The notes: generated by a model not told the origin, from the sequence alone. A stretch of DNA of 64,000 nucleotides from Eubacteriales bacterium (GCA_050309735.1 JBNRMS010000068.1:24405-88404); one strand, 5' to 3'; shown: positions 15,479 through 25,019, numbered from the stretch's first letter. Numbers and translations are program-made.

Positions 15479-17422
15479 ATGATAGTAATCTCGCTCAACG
15501 ATATATCGCTCTCCTTTGGCACGACGACAATTCTTGAGAAAATATCCTTCTCGCTTGATGAGAGCGATAAGCTTGGAATTGTCGGTGTAAACGGCTGCGG
15601 AAAATCCTCCCTCTTTAAAATCATCACAGGAGAAATCGAGCCAAGCGAGGGCGGCGTCTTTATATCAAAGGATAAGACAATAGGAATACTCACGCAGGAC
15701 GGCGCCCTTGACATCTCGCCCGAAGGAGGCGACAGCCCACTCGAACAGATGTATTCAGCCTTCCCCGCCCTGCTTGCGGCAGAGGCGCGCCTTAGCGAGC
15801 TTGAGAGGTTAATGCAAAGAAAAGACTTCTCGCAGAACCAGTTGTCTGCACTTGCCGCCGAGTATGCCACTCTTAATGAGCGCTTCATCGCAGACGGCGG
15901 GCTTGAGTTTCGCGGACGTAGCTTTTCAATCCTTGAGAAGATGGGGTTTGACGCAGAGTCTGCCGGCCGGCCGCTGTCTACTCTGAGCGGCGGTCAGCGC
16001 ACCCGCCTTGCCCTCTGCCGCCAGCTGTCGCGCGAGCCCGATATACTCCTGCTCGATGAGCCGACAAATCACCTTGACATCGAAACACTCGGCTGGCTTG
16101 AGAATTTTCTCTCGTCCTACCGCAAATGCCTCTTGATAATATCGCACGACCGGTATTTTCTTGACCGCGTGACAAATAAAACCCTTGCTATCGAGCACTG
16201 CCGCGCAAAGCTCTATTCGGGCGGATATACCCGCTCAATGGAGCAGCGTGAGTTCGACAGAAGGGTTTATGAAAAACACTACCGCGAGCAGCAGCGCGAG
16301 ATAGCACGGCAGGAGGCATATATCGCCCAGCAGCGCGCGTGGAATCGAGAGCGAAACATAATAGCCGCCGAGAGCCGCCAAAAACTGCTCGACAAAATGG
16401 AAAAGCTTGAGCGTCCCAAAGAAGCCCCGAGGCCGGTAAGGATAAAATTCACCAAAGCCGCCTCAAGCGGCAACGACGTGCTAACCGCCGAGAGTCTGTC
16501 GGGAGGATATGGCGAAAAGGTCTTATTTTCAGATGTTAATTTTCTTATCAAAAAGGGTGAGCGCGTCTTTATCACCGGGCCTAACGGCTGCGGGAAATCA
16601 ACGCTCCTGCGGATAATATTGGGGATAATCGAGCCGCTTGCCGGACGGATTGAGGCGGGATACAATGTCGATATCGGCTATTATGATCAGGCAAACCAGA
16701 ACCTGACCGATGAGAACACAGTGCTCGACGAGCTTTGGAATGCATACCCTACTCTTCCTGAGGCGAGCATCCGGAATACGCTCGGTCTCTTTCGCTTTAC
16801 CCAAGACGATGTTTCCAAGTCGGTCGCGATACTCAGCGGCGGCGAACGTGCGCGCCTGACACTTGCTAAGCTAATTCTATCACACATGAATTTCTTAATT
16901 CTTGACGAGCCAACAAACCATCTTGACATAGACTCGCGCGAGGCCCTTGAGAGGGCGCTCTCGGAGTTTGACGGCACAGTCCTTGTCGTCTCGCACGACC
17001 GCTATCTGATAAACAAACTCGCAACCCGAATACTTGACATGAAGCCCGGGGCGGGCCTTGAGGGCGACATTCTCGACTTCAGAATCAGTCAGATCGGAGA
17101 TGGCTTTGCCGAGCTTTGCCGCGAAAAAGAAAGAAGAGCTGCTTTGGGTTCGGCTGAGGAAAGCCGATGCCGGGAGGTTATAAGCTCAAATAAAGAGGCT
17201 TATTTAAGAAATAAAAAAGCCCTCGCCGACGAGCGGCGAAAGGCAAGGAGGATGGAGCGGCTTGCGCTTGAGGCCGCCGAGCTTGAAGCCGAGCTTGAGC
17301 GCCTTGATGCAGAGCTTTACGGCAGTGCCGCGAGCGACTACAAGCGGGCGGCCGAGATTGACCTTTGTAAAAACGAGATTGAGGATAGGCTGATGGAGAT
17401 ATACGAGGAGATAGGCGTGTAG
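15479..17422 (+). CDS. ABC-F family ATPase (two NBDs, no TMD, C-terminal coiled coil)
   Basis: Two Walker A sites (GVNGCGKSS, GPNGCGKST), two signatures (LSGGQRTR, LSGGERAR), an inter-domain linker and a charged C-terminal coiled coil. 647 aa. Confidence 0.9.
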   Translation: MIVISLNDISLSFGTTTILEKISFSLDESDKLGIVGVNGCGKSSLFKIITGEIEPSEGGVFISKDKTIGILTQDGALDISPEGGDSPLEQMYSAFPALLAAEARLSELERLMQRKDFSQNQLSALAAEYATLNERFIADGGLEFRGRSFSILEKMGFDAESAGRPLSTLSGGQRTRLALCRQLSREPDILLLDEPTNHLDIETLGWLENFLSSYRKCLLIISHDRYFLDRVTNKTLAIEHCRAKLYSGGYTRSMEQREFDRRVYEKHYREQQREIARQEAYIAQQRAWNRERNIIAAESRQKLLDKMEKLERPKEAPRPVRIKFTKAASSGNDVLTAESLSGGYGEKVLFSDVNFLIKKGERVFITGPNGCGKSTLLRIILGIIEPLAGRIEAGYNVDIGYYDQANQNLTDENTVLDELWNAYPTLPEASIRNTLGLFRFTQDDVSKSVAILSGGERARLTLAKLILSHMNFLILDEPTNHLDIDSREALERALSEFDGTVLVVSHDRYLINKLATRILDMKPGAGLEGDILDFRISQIGDGFAELCREKERRAALGSAEESRCREVISSNKEAYLRNKKALADERRKARRMERLALEAAELEAELERLDAELYGSAASDYKRAAEIDLCKNEIEDRLMEIYEEIGV

Positions 17423-17439
17423 CTTTTATAAACAGACGC

Positions 17440-17467
17440 GGGGGAACCTTTCAAAAAAGGTTCCCCC
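17440..17467. terminator. Bidirectional terminator between the ABC-F and flotillin genes
   Basis: GGGGGAACCTT-tcaaaa-AAGGTTCCCCC followed by aagGTGTTTTTAT. Confidence 0.8.
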
Positions 17468-17509
17468 AAGGTGTTTTTATATCCTTTGGCTTTTAATCGG
17501 GAATTAGTC

Positions 17510-18937
17510 TTACTTTTCCCCATCTCCCGCTTCCTCAGCCGGCTTGCCGAGATATTCGGGGAGCTTCATTCCCGCCATATCAAACATTTCGTTAAGAGGG
17601 GGAACTGCCTTCATTATGCCCGAGAGGAAATTAGCCGTTGTTGTCTTTCCGTCGGCACTGCCTGCGCCGTTTGAGTCCCAAACGGTGATTTTATCGATTT
17701 TAAGATTCCTGATAGCCTCAACCTGAATTTTGGTGAGCTCCTCAAGCTTTTCTGCAATCATATATTTGATAGCTTCGTTGGCTCCGCCGCCCGCCGCCTT
17801 GACAAGCTGCTCGAAGCCCTCGGCCTGCTTGATTAGCACCTCGCGCATACCCTTTGCCTGTGCGTCCATCTTCATAAGGATTGCGTCGGCTTCGCCTCGC
17901 GCCTTTCGCCTTATCTGCTCTGCCTCAGCCTCGGCCTGAAGCTCTAACTCTTTCTTTCTGATCTCGGCCTTGACGATAATGTCGGCCTCCTGGCTCGCCT
18001 TCTCAAGCGTGGCTCTGGCATTCTCGGCCTCGCGCTGCGCCGCGTAAGACTCTTCTTTCGCCTTCGCAGCCTGAATATTCTCGGCGGCTATCGCACGCTT
18101 GAGGTATTCGGCCTCGCGCTCGCGACGGTTAGCGTCCGACTCGGCCACCTTGATTTTCGCCTCGTTCTCGCCGGTTATCGCCTCGGAATTGAATTTGGCA
18201 ACCTTAATTCTCTGATCTCTCTCGGCATCTGAGGCTCCGATGGAGCCGTCTCTGTCGGCCTGAGCAACCGAAACCTTCGCATCGTTAATCGCTTTTGCGG
18301 CCGCTTCTTTTCCGAGCGCCGCTATATAGCCCGACTCGTCGTTAATATCGGTAACGTTAACGTTGATAAGCCGCAGACCAATCTTTTTAAGCTCGGATTC
18401 AACGTTTCCCGACACGGCATCAAGGAACTTGTCGCGGTCGGTATTGATTTCCTCGATATCCATTGTGGCAATGACAAGCCTTAGCTGACCAAAAATAATG
18501 TCCTTGGCAAGTTCCTGAATCTCGACCAGTTTTAGTCCGAGAAGCCGCTCGGCGGCGTTTTGCATAACCCCCACCTCGGTTGATATACCGACCATAAATC
18601 TTGAGGGAACATCAACTCGGATATTCTGGTGTGAGAGTGCGTTGGTAAGGTCTACCGGGATAGACAGCGGGGTCAGGTCAAGATAATCGTATGCCTGGAG
18701 CACCGGTATCACAAAGGCTGCGCCACCGTGTATACACTTTGACGAGCGCTGAGTACCGTCCTTGTTTGGTTTTAGCTTGCCGTGAATAACCATGATTTTG
18801 TCTGACGGGCATTTTTTATAACGCGACGCCAAAACAATCAAGAAGGTTACAAACACAAGCGCAATCACGATCACAAGCATAACGAGCGATGACGACAGAC
18901 CCTCGCCATTGGCGGAAAGTAAAAAGTTGTGTGTCAT
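17510..18937 (-). CDS. Flotillin family (SPFH/band-7) protein, FloT/YuaG-like
   Basis: 475 aa with an N-terminal anchor helix and an SPFH domain. Long Ala/Glu-rich repeats follow (AKAKEESYAAQREAENARATLEKASQEADIIVKAEIRKKELELQAEAEAEQIRRKARGEADA). Confidence 0.9.
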   Translation of the reverse strand: MTHNFLLSANGEGLSSSLVMLVIVIALVFVTFLIVLASRYKKCPSDKIMVIHGKLKPNKDGTQRSSKCIHGGAAFVIPVLQAYDYLDLTPLSIPVDLTNALSHQNIRVDVPSRFMVGISTEVGVMQNAAERLLGLKLVEIQELAKDIIFGQLRLVIATMDIEEINTDRDKFLDAVSGNVESELKKIGLRLINVNVTDINDESGYIAALGKEAAAKAINDAKVSVAQADRDGSIGASDAERDQRIKVAKFNSEAITGENEAKIKVAESDANRREREAEYLKRAIAAENIQAAKAKEESYAAQREAENARATLEKASQEADIIVKAEIRKKELELQAEAEAEQIRRKARGEADAILMKMDAQAKGMREVLIKQAEGFEQLVKAAGGGANEAIKYMIAEKLEELTKIQVEAIRNLKIDKITVWDSNGAGSADGKTTTANFLSGIMKAVPPLNEMFDMAGMKLPEYLGKPAEEAGDGEK

Positions 18938-19040
18938 TGTTTCTGTCCTTTCATATGTAATTAGTTTTTGCGCAATTTAGGTTTCTATTCCCCGGCGCGC
19001 GGCTTTTCGCGCGCAATCCCGGCCGGCGAGATTCGCCGGC

Positions 19041-19658
19041 TCAGCCCCGCTCATTTTTTTCTCCGCCAAGCGGCTCAACCACGAGCGTTCCCGAATCGTC
19101 AACCGCAACCACCCTGACATACGACCCTGTCCTCAGGGTTTGATTCGCGGTTGTAATGGCATTGAATTCCGAATATTTTTCCTGTATCGTAATGGTCACC
19201 TTGCCCGCTCCGCTACCGCTCGGTGCTATCGGAATATAAACCTGAGCTACCTTGCCAACCGCGTTTCCGATGTCGATATTGCCCGAGGACTGAAGCTTTG
19301 ACACCGCCTTCATGCTAAAAGCCATCAAAAAGAGCATAATAATACCGAATACAATCGCCAAAAATATCGACACGCCTTCTGGCAGCGAAGTCTCAAGCAG
19401 AGCCATTCCGCTCCAACCCATAACGGCGAGCATTGTCATAATTCCTCTTATCGAGAAAAGCGAGAGTCCGTCGTCGCCGGCATCAATATCGCCCGCGTAG
19501 CCAGCGTCATCAAAATCGTCTCCGTCGCTGTCTCCAAAGCCTATCAGGAGCAGCACCGTTTGAATCAAAAGGACAAGCGTAGAAGGTATGGCGATAAGCG
19601 CCAATATCTGCTGCGCAAGGATTAGCGAGTTCCACCAGTTTGCCATATTTACCCCCAT
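19041..19658 (-). CDS. NfeD-like membrane protein with a C-terminal OB-fold
   Basis: Hydrophobic N-terminal half, acidic linker, and a C-terminal segment GKVAQVYIPIAPSGSGAGKVTITIQEKYSEFNAITTANQTLRTGSYVRVVAVDDSGTLVVEPL. It lies directly upstream of the flotillin gene, the classic nfeD-flotillin pairing. The start may instead be the second ATG at 19646, which follows GGGGG. Confidence 0.75.
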   Translation of the reverse strand: MGVNMANWWNSLILAQQILALIAIPSTLVLLIQTVLLLIGFGDSDGDDFDDAGYAGDIDAGDDGLSLFSIRGIMTMLAVMGWSGMALLETSLPEGVSIFLAIVFGIIMLFLMAFSMKAVSKLQSSGNIDIGNAVGKVAQVYIPIAPSGSGAGKVTITIQEKYSEFNAITTANQTLRTGSYVRVVAVDDSGTLVVEPLGGEKNERG

Positions 19659-19719
19659 GCCGCCGCGCGACGGCTATCTCTGATATTGTTTTTTGTTCGC
19701 TGTTTTTGAATGTTGCGCG

Positions 19720-20313
19720 TCATCTTTTGTTCATGAGCGCCTCAAGTTTCTCGTCGGCGCTCTTTTTAATCAGCGCCGAATAATAGGCTGTGATGATAAT
19801 CTCAAGCGCCGTGTCAAGCCGGCGGCGCGCGCCGCTCACCTTCTCCTCATATCCAGCGGTAACCTTCCGAATTGCCGACTGAAGCGTGGGTTCGGGATCG
19901 TCGCCAAGCATAAGGCAATCAAGCAGGCGGCAGATAAAGTCATAAAGCTCGGAATAGCTGATTATGTCGTCGCTCCTGTCGGCCGAGCTGCCGTTTATAT
20001 ACCTTATTATAAACGCAATTCTGTCAAGCTGCATACATGAACGCAGCATATTTATAATAAGTATATGCGCGAGCTGATCTATACTGTATCTTTTCAGCTT
20101 TGAGTTCTCAACCCATCCGCGCTTTGTCCAGTTTTGAAGGGTTGAACCGTCAATCCCCGATATCTCGCGGATCTGCGCGAGCATTATACCGTCGGTGATA
20201 TAGAAAATCTTCTTCAGGAATTCAAGACCGGTTACATTCCCCATCTTTTTTCTGTCAAGTATGGTTCCGGGTATTAAGCTTTCGTTTAATTGCAGGTTCA
20301 CACTAAACACCAT
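19720..20313 (-). CDS. DUF1836-like putative DNA-binding protein
   Basis: 197 aa. GIMLAQIREISGIDGSTLQNWTKRGWV resembles a MerR-type HTH, as seen in DUF1836 proteins. The start codon is uncertain because SD spacing is poor. Confidence 0.55.
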   Translation of the reverse strand: MVFSVNLQLNESLIPGTILDRKKMGNVTGLEFLKKIFYITDGIMLAQIREISGIDGSTLQNWTKRGWVENSKLKRYSIDQLAHILIINMLRSCMQLDRIAFIIRYINGSSADRSDDIISYSELYDFICRLLDCLMLGDDPEPTLQSAIRKVTAGYEEKVSGARRRLDTALEIIITAYYSALIKKSADEKLEALMNKR

Positions 20314-20517
20314 TCCTTTCTGAGAGGCGTGTGAATTGTGCCGGTTCGCATGTGCCGAGTTACCGGCCTTAGCAGTTCCAAATTCACAAAACCCACCGCT
20401 TGAAAGATTTATATCTCAAGCCAGCCACCTTGCCAAACGACGCCATGATACCTGCCCCGAATTTCTTTCGGGATGCTATGTCGCGCCGCTCTGCGTTGTT
20501 CTTATCCTGTTATCATC

Positions 20518-20546
20518 ATTATATCAGGCGGTCAGGTGATTGTCAA
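20518..20546 (-). promoter_or_regulatory. Perfect consensus sigma-A promoter upstream of DUF1836-nfeD-flotillin
   Basis: The minus strand reads TTGACA-17 nt-TATAAT with a TG extension (cTGaTATAAT). The leader to the ORF start at 20313 is about 200 nt. Confidence 0.7.
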
Positions 20547-20596
20547 TAGAATCCCCAAGATTTTTCTGTCAAATTTTTTAAGTAAAAGTGTGCGCC

Positions 20597-21238
20597 TTAG
20601 CATCCGAGCAAATCAGCAAGCTCATCAAGCCCGTTTATTGTGATATCGGGCTTTGAGGATTCGTCGGCAGGCACCATATCAACAAACATTCCCCGCATTA
20701 TTCGCGCCGTCCTCATGCCGGTGAGCTTTGCCGGGCGGATATCGTTGTCGAGCCTGTCGCCGACCATAAGTGCGCGGGAGGGGGGGCATTTGGTTTCCTT
20801 GAGCGCATATTCATAAAATTCCACGGCAGGCTTGTGCAGTCCTACCTCATCAGACGCGAAAACTGCATCGAAATATTCGGAGATTCGGTATTTTATCAAT
20901 CTTCCGGCTGTTCCAGGGGTTTGATTTGAGATTATTCCAACTTTATATCGCCGCCCGATTCTGGTGAGTGCGCTCTCGGCATCGGGATAGGGCTCCTCGT
21001 AATCCGGGGTATATCGAGGAACCGTTGTTCCAAAGCTTTTTGCCGCGCCTATCATCGGTGATTTTCCTTTAGCTCCGTGTTTTTTAGCCTCAATTATAAA
21101 TTCCTCGGGCGACACTTCTATTCCCCGCCCGGCAAGCTCCTCAAGGGCTGCGGACATTCGTATTGCGTGCGAGCCGTCCTCGTTTATCAGTGTGTACCCG
21201 AGGTCAAAAAACACCCAGTCGATATCTTTCAAAATCAT
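20597..21238 (-). CDS. HAD-IA family hydrolase
   Basis: WVFFDLGYTL carries the DxG/DxT-type motif I, and VGDRLDNDI is motif IV. 213 aa with RBS GGAGG. Confidence 0.85.
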   Translation of the reverse strand: MILKDIDWVFFDLGYTLINEDGSHAIRMSAALEELAGRGIEVSPEEFIIEAKKHGAKGKSPMIGAAKSFGTTVPRYTPDYEEPYPDAESALTRIGRRYKVGIISNQTPGTAGRLIKYRISEYFDAVFASDEVGLHKPAVEFYEYALKETKCPPSRALMVGDRLDNDIRPAKLTGMRTARIMRGMFVDMVPADESSKPDITINGLDELADLLGC

Positions 21239-21256
21239 CCTCCATTATTCCTTTTC

Positions 21257-21445
21257 ATTGTTATACCATAGTCGCAAGTAAATTTCTCCCGGGCGTTACT
21301 TTGCCGTTGCGACATCGCAGGCTTCTTTGAAACCTGCCAGCGTGTACATTATACCATAGTCGCAAGTGAATTTCTCCCGGGCGCTACCTCGCCTTTGCGA
21401 CATAGCAGCTTTTTGCAAAAGCTGCCAGCGTATATATTATACCAC
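21257..21445 (-). repeat. Two tandem ~100-bp copies (plus a partial third -10 box) of a structured element capped by a -10 box, upstream of the HAD hydrolase gene
   Basis: Gene-sense unit: GGCAG-stem-loop-CTGC GATGTCGCAA N16 GGGAGAAATT(T)ACTTGCGACTATGGTATAA(C/T). Copies start at 21257 and 21357. It is related to the 60.2-60.5 kb repeats on the other strand. Confidence 0.8.
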
Positions 21446-21552
21446 ACAGACACCCTTTATTCAAGTCTGCCATATGTATTGTTTTATACTTTTCTGCATA
21501 TAAATAGTAAGCGTTATAATAGTTATAATGACAGACAAGGAGAATTTCGGAT

Positions 21553-22215
21553 ATGTCTAAAAGCGACCCTTTTCATGACAATAAATATTTTCTCGCTTTC
21601 TTCACCATCCTCGCAATGCTTATTGCTCTTACCTGCTATATAACCGTCACCTCTGCCCGGCCTCTGTCATCGCTTTCCGAAGAAGATTGCGCCGACAATA
21701 TAATCTCAACCGACCCGGCCGACACAGATTCCACCTCTGATACCGACTTCACCGAGCCGCCCGTCGACACCCCTGCCGCCGCTCCCTCGGCCGCCATTGT
21801 CTTTCCGCTCGACGGGAACATCACCTCTCTTTTCTCCTACCGGATCAACCCCTTCTACGACCCCGCAAGTGGAGAAGAGCCGACCTATGAGTTTCACCGC
21901 GGAATAGACATCTCGGCTTCAAAGAGCCGGGATATACTTGCCTGCGCCGACGGAACTGTCACCTATACCGGCTTCGACCCAAGCTATGGATACCATATTA
22001 TAATAGAGCACGAGGGTTATGAATCACTCTATGCCCACTGCGACACCCTGCTTCCCACCGTTGGAGACACTGTCAAGGCCGGGGACAGTATAGCCGTCGC
22101 CGGCAGCACCGGTCGCTCGACCGGTGCCCACCTTCATTTTGAAATTCGGGTCGAAGGCCTGCCGACCGACCCGCTCGATTTTGTAGGATGCGTTTTTGCG
22201 GGTACAATATATTGA
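21553..22215 (+). CDS. M23 family metallopeptidase (membrane-anchored; SpoIVFA-like by position)
   Basis: HRGIDISA (HxxxD) and GSTGRSTGAHLHFEIR (HxH) are both intact. It has an N-terminal TM helix and lies immediately upstream of an M50 protease gene. Confidence 0.85.
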   Translation: MSKSDPFHDNKYFLAFFTILAMLIALTCYITVTSARPLSSLSEEDCADNIISTDPADTDSTSDTDFTEPPVDTPAAAPSAAIVFPLDGNITSLFSYRINPFYDPASGEEPTYEFHRGIDISASKSRDILACADGTVTYTGFDPSYGYHIIIEHEGYESLYAHCDTLLPTVGDTVKAGDSIAVAGSTGRSTGAHLHFEIRVEGLPTDPLDFVGCVFAGTIY

Positions 22216-22820
22216 AAATCAAGCTTAGAATCAGTATTTTCGGAATATTAATGCTGCTTGTCCTCATCTTCGGCGACAACAGCGCCTATACTATGATTGC
22301 TCTGGCGGCGGCCGCCGTGCACGAGGTCGGGCACCTCGTCGCGGCCGCCCTGCTCGGCGTTCGGGTCGGCAGCTTTTCGGTCAACCTGCTCGGGGTGCGG
22401 CTCGGCCTTGCCGTTCCGCTTTACTCATACAAGCGCGAATGGCTCCTATGCGCCGCCGGCCCCGCTCTCAATCTTCTCACCGGGGGTGCGGCCTACTACA
22501 TATACAGAAACTTCGGCAGTCCCGAAAAGCTCAAATATGTACTTTTTTTCGCCATCGCCTCGCTTTTTCTTGCTCTGCTCAACCTTTTGCCCATCAAAAA
22601 TTTCGACGGCGGTCGAATGTTAATCTGCATCGCCGCTCCCATAATCGGCATCTATACCGCCGAGAAAATCACCAACACGCTCTCTTTCTTCTCGGTTCTC
22701 CTCATCTGGGTAATGTCGCTCTATCTCATGCTACGCGTTGGCTCTTCGCTCGCCCTCTTTGTCTTTTCCTCGGCTCTTTTCGCCGAACTATTTCTTGATT
22801 CGGGAACCTTTTCAAGATAG
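22188..22820 (+). CDS. M50 site-2 protease family protein (SpoIVFB-like, short form)
   Basis: HEVGHLVAA (HExxH) and NLLPIKNFDGGR (NxxPxxxxDG) sit within a polytopic membrane protein. The start could instead be the TTG at 22212, which overlaps the upstream stop. Confidence 0.8.
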   Translation: MRFCGYNILKIKLRISIFGILMLLVLIFGDNSAYTMIALAAAAVHEVGHLVAAALLGVRVGSFSVNLLGVRLGLAVPLYSYKREWLLCAAGPALNLLTGGAAYYIYRNFGSPEKLKYVLFFAIASLFLALLNLLPIKNFDGGRMLICIAAPIIGIYTAEKITNTLSFFSVLLIWVMSLYLMLRVGSSLALFVFSSALFAELFLDSGTFSR

Positions 22821-22913
22821 GAAAGGTGAACAAGTCAAGAATAATGTCCTGCATGAAGCTTATCAGGAATTCTCTTTCGCCTGCAATAATTATTTTATTT
22901 TTCGCAAAATATA

Positions 22914-22941
22914 TTGCAATTTCTGTATTTTCTGATATAAT
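22914..22941 (+). promoter_or_regulatory. Candidate potABCD promoter
   Basis: TTGCAA-16 nt-TATAAT with a TG extension (cTGaTATAAT). Confidence 0.55.
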
Positions 22942-23044
22942 GGCACAGAGGATATATGTTGAGGGAAACACATATCCGTTTTTTAAGTTAGAGGTGTTTC
23001 CCGCGCGTGTCCAAGACTTGAAACTATAGGAGTTTTTATGCGAA

Positions 23045-24190
23045 ATGAGAGAAGAAACAACGCTCATAAAGCTCAGGGGAATTTCAAAATCTTTTGACGG
23101 TGAGACGGTGCTTGATAACATAAGCCTTGACATACACGATAAAGAATTCATCACCCTGCTCGGCCCGTCAGGATGCGGGAAAACCACCACGCTCCGAATT
23201 ATCGGAGGCTTTGAAACGCCGGACGAGGGTGAAGTATTTTTCGACGGCAAAATGATAAACGACCTGCCGCCATACAAGCGCCAGGTCAACACAGTTTTTC
23301 AGAGATACGCGCTCTTTCCCCATCTCAATGTTTTTGAAAATATCGCCTTTGGCCTTCGGATAAAGAAGCTGGGAGAGGCCGAAATACGAAAAAAGGTAAA
23401 GGACATGCTGGCGCTTGTCAACCTGCGCGGATTTGAGAAGCGCGGGGTATCCACCTTGTCGGGCGGACAGCAGCAGCGCGTGGCAATAGCGCGGGCGCTT
23501 GTCAATAATCCCAAAGTGCTCCTGCTTGACGAGCCGCTCGGCGCGCTCGACCTCAAGCTCCGCAAGGATATGCAGAACGAGCTGAAGAACATTCAACAGG
23601 AAACCGATATAACCTTTATATACGTTACACACGACCAAGAAGAAGCCCTCTCAATGTCAGACACGGTTGTTGTCATGGCCGAGGGCTGTATTCAGCAGAT
23701 AGGCTCGCCGGTCGATATCTACAACGAGCCGGTAAACGCTTTTGTCGCAGACTTTATCGGCGAGAGCAATATTGTAGACGGTCTGATGCTCGACGACTTC
23801 AAGGCGAAATTCTCAGGCCACATCTTCAAATGCCTTGACAGGGGATTCGGGAAGAATGAGCCGGTTGATATTGTCGTTCGCCCGGAAGACGTTGATGTCG
23901 TTTCGGTTGAGGACGGTATGCTGACAGGCACCGTCACCTCGGTAACCTTCAAGGGAGTACATTATGAAATTATCGTCGACATCGGCGGCTTCAAATGGAT
24001 GATTCAAACGACCGACTATGTTGCCCCCGAGGAAACTGTCGGAATATTCATCCAGCCCGACGCCATCCATGTCATGAAAAAATCTAAGTTCTCAAACCAA
24101 TTCGGCGATTATTCCTCCTTCAGCGAGGAGCTCGAGCACCTCTCGGATTTAAACGGGGAGAGCGAGCCCGAAGCGGGAGATGAGGTATAA
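23045..24190 (+). CDS. potA: Spermidine/putrescine ABC transporter ATP-binding protein
   Basis: Walker [10 protein letters not shown], signature LSGGQQQR and Walker [12 protein letters not shown], plus a C-terminal TOBE-like domain. It heads a potABCD-type operon. Confidence 0.9.
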   Translation: MREETTLIKLRGISKSFDGETVLDNISLDIHDKEFITLLGPSGCGKTTTLRIIGGFETPDEGEVFFDGKMINDLPPYKRQVNTVFQRYALFPHLNVFENIAFGLRIKKLGEAEIRKKVKDMLALVNLRGFEKRGVSTLSGGQQQRVAIARALVNNPKVLLLDEPLGALDLKLRKDMQNELKNIQQETDITFIYVTHDQEEALSMSDTVVVMAEGCIQQIGSPVDIYNEPVNAFVADFIGESNIVDGLMLDDFKAKFSGHIFKCLDRGFGKNEPVDIVVRPEDVDVVSVEDGMLTGTVTSVTFKGVHYEIIVDIGGFKWMIQTTDYVAPEETVGIFIQPDAIHVMKKSKFSNQFGDYSSFSEELEHLSDLNGESEPEAGDEV

Positions 24191-25019
24191 AAATAAAATG
24201 AAAAAACAATCAATTCTTGAGAGAGCCGCGGCAGCGCCGCATCTGGTCTGGGCGGCGCTTTTCATAATAGCACCTCTTTTTTTCGTTCTCTATTTCGCCT
24301 TCACCGACACCAACGGCAACTTCACACTCAGCAACATGGCCGACCTTGCTAGTTATTCAAATATATTCCTTACCTCTGTCAGTTTTGCCTTTATCGCAAC
24401 CGCAATCTGCCTTTTAATCGGCTATCCCCTGGCATATATTATGTCAAAAACCAAACCCCGGACGCAGAAGCTGCTGCTTGTACTGCTCATGCTGCCGATG
24501 TGGATAAGTCTTCTTATCCGCACATACTCGCTCATGGCGCTGCTTGATAACGGCGGCCTGCTAAACGCACTGCTCGAAAAGATAGGGATTGGTAGGATTA
24601 AGATAATCGGAACCGGCGGGGCGGTTATCCTCGGCATGATTTACGATTTTCTGCCCTATATGGTGCTGCCGATCTTCACTGTCATGACCAAAATGGATAA
24701 GCGATATATCGAAGCGGCAAGCGACCTTGGCTGCAACGGAATACAGGTGCTCGGCAGGGTGATTCTTCCTCTGTCGGTTCCCGGAATTGTCTCGGGTGTG
24801 ACGATGGTCTTTGTTCCCTCGATAAGCACCTTCTATATATCGCAAAAGCTTGGCGGCGGCGCCTTTGACCTTATCGGAGACACGATAGAGCGGCAGTTCC
24901 AGTATCCCGCAACCTATCACGTTGGCGCGGCCATTTCGCTGGTGATGATGATACTGATTATCATATCGGTAGCCCTGATGAACCGCTTCTCCGACCAGGA
25001 CGGAGGTGTCGTGATATGA
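24180..25019 (+). CDS. potB: Spermidine/putrescine ABC transporter permease
   Basis: 279-aa polytopic permease with an EAA-like loop ([22 protein letters not shown]). It overlaps potA and potC. Confidence 0.88.
   Translation: MRYKNKMKKQSILERAAAAPHLVWAALFIIAPLFFVLYFAFTDTNGNFTLSNMADLASYSNIFLTSVSFAFIATAICLLIGYPLAYIMSKTKPRTQKLLLVLLMLPMWISLLIRTYSLMALLDNGGLLNALLEKIGIGRIKIIGTGGAVILGMIYDFLPYMVLPIFTVMTKMDKRYIEAASDLGCNGIQVLGRVILPLSVPGIVSGVTMVFVPSISTFYISQKLGGGAFDLIGDTIERQFQYPATYHVGAAISLVMMILIIISVALMNRFSDQDGGVVI

Noticed and set aside
22726-23292. 188-aa ORF on the minus strand spanning the pot promoter region
   Set aside because: It overlaps the 3' end of the M50 protease gene, the whole pot leader and the potA Walker A region in antisense. 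No family features are visible.
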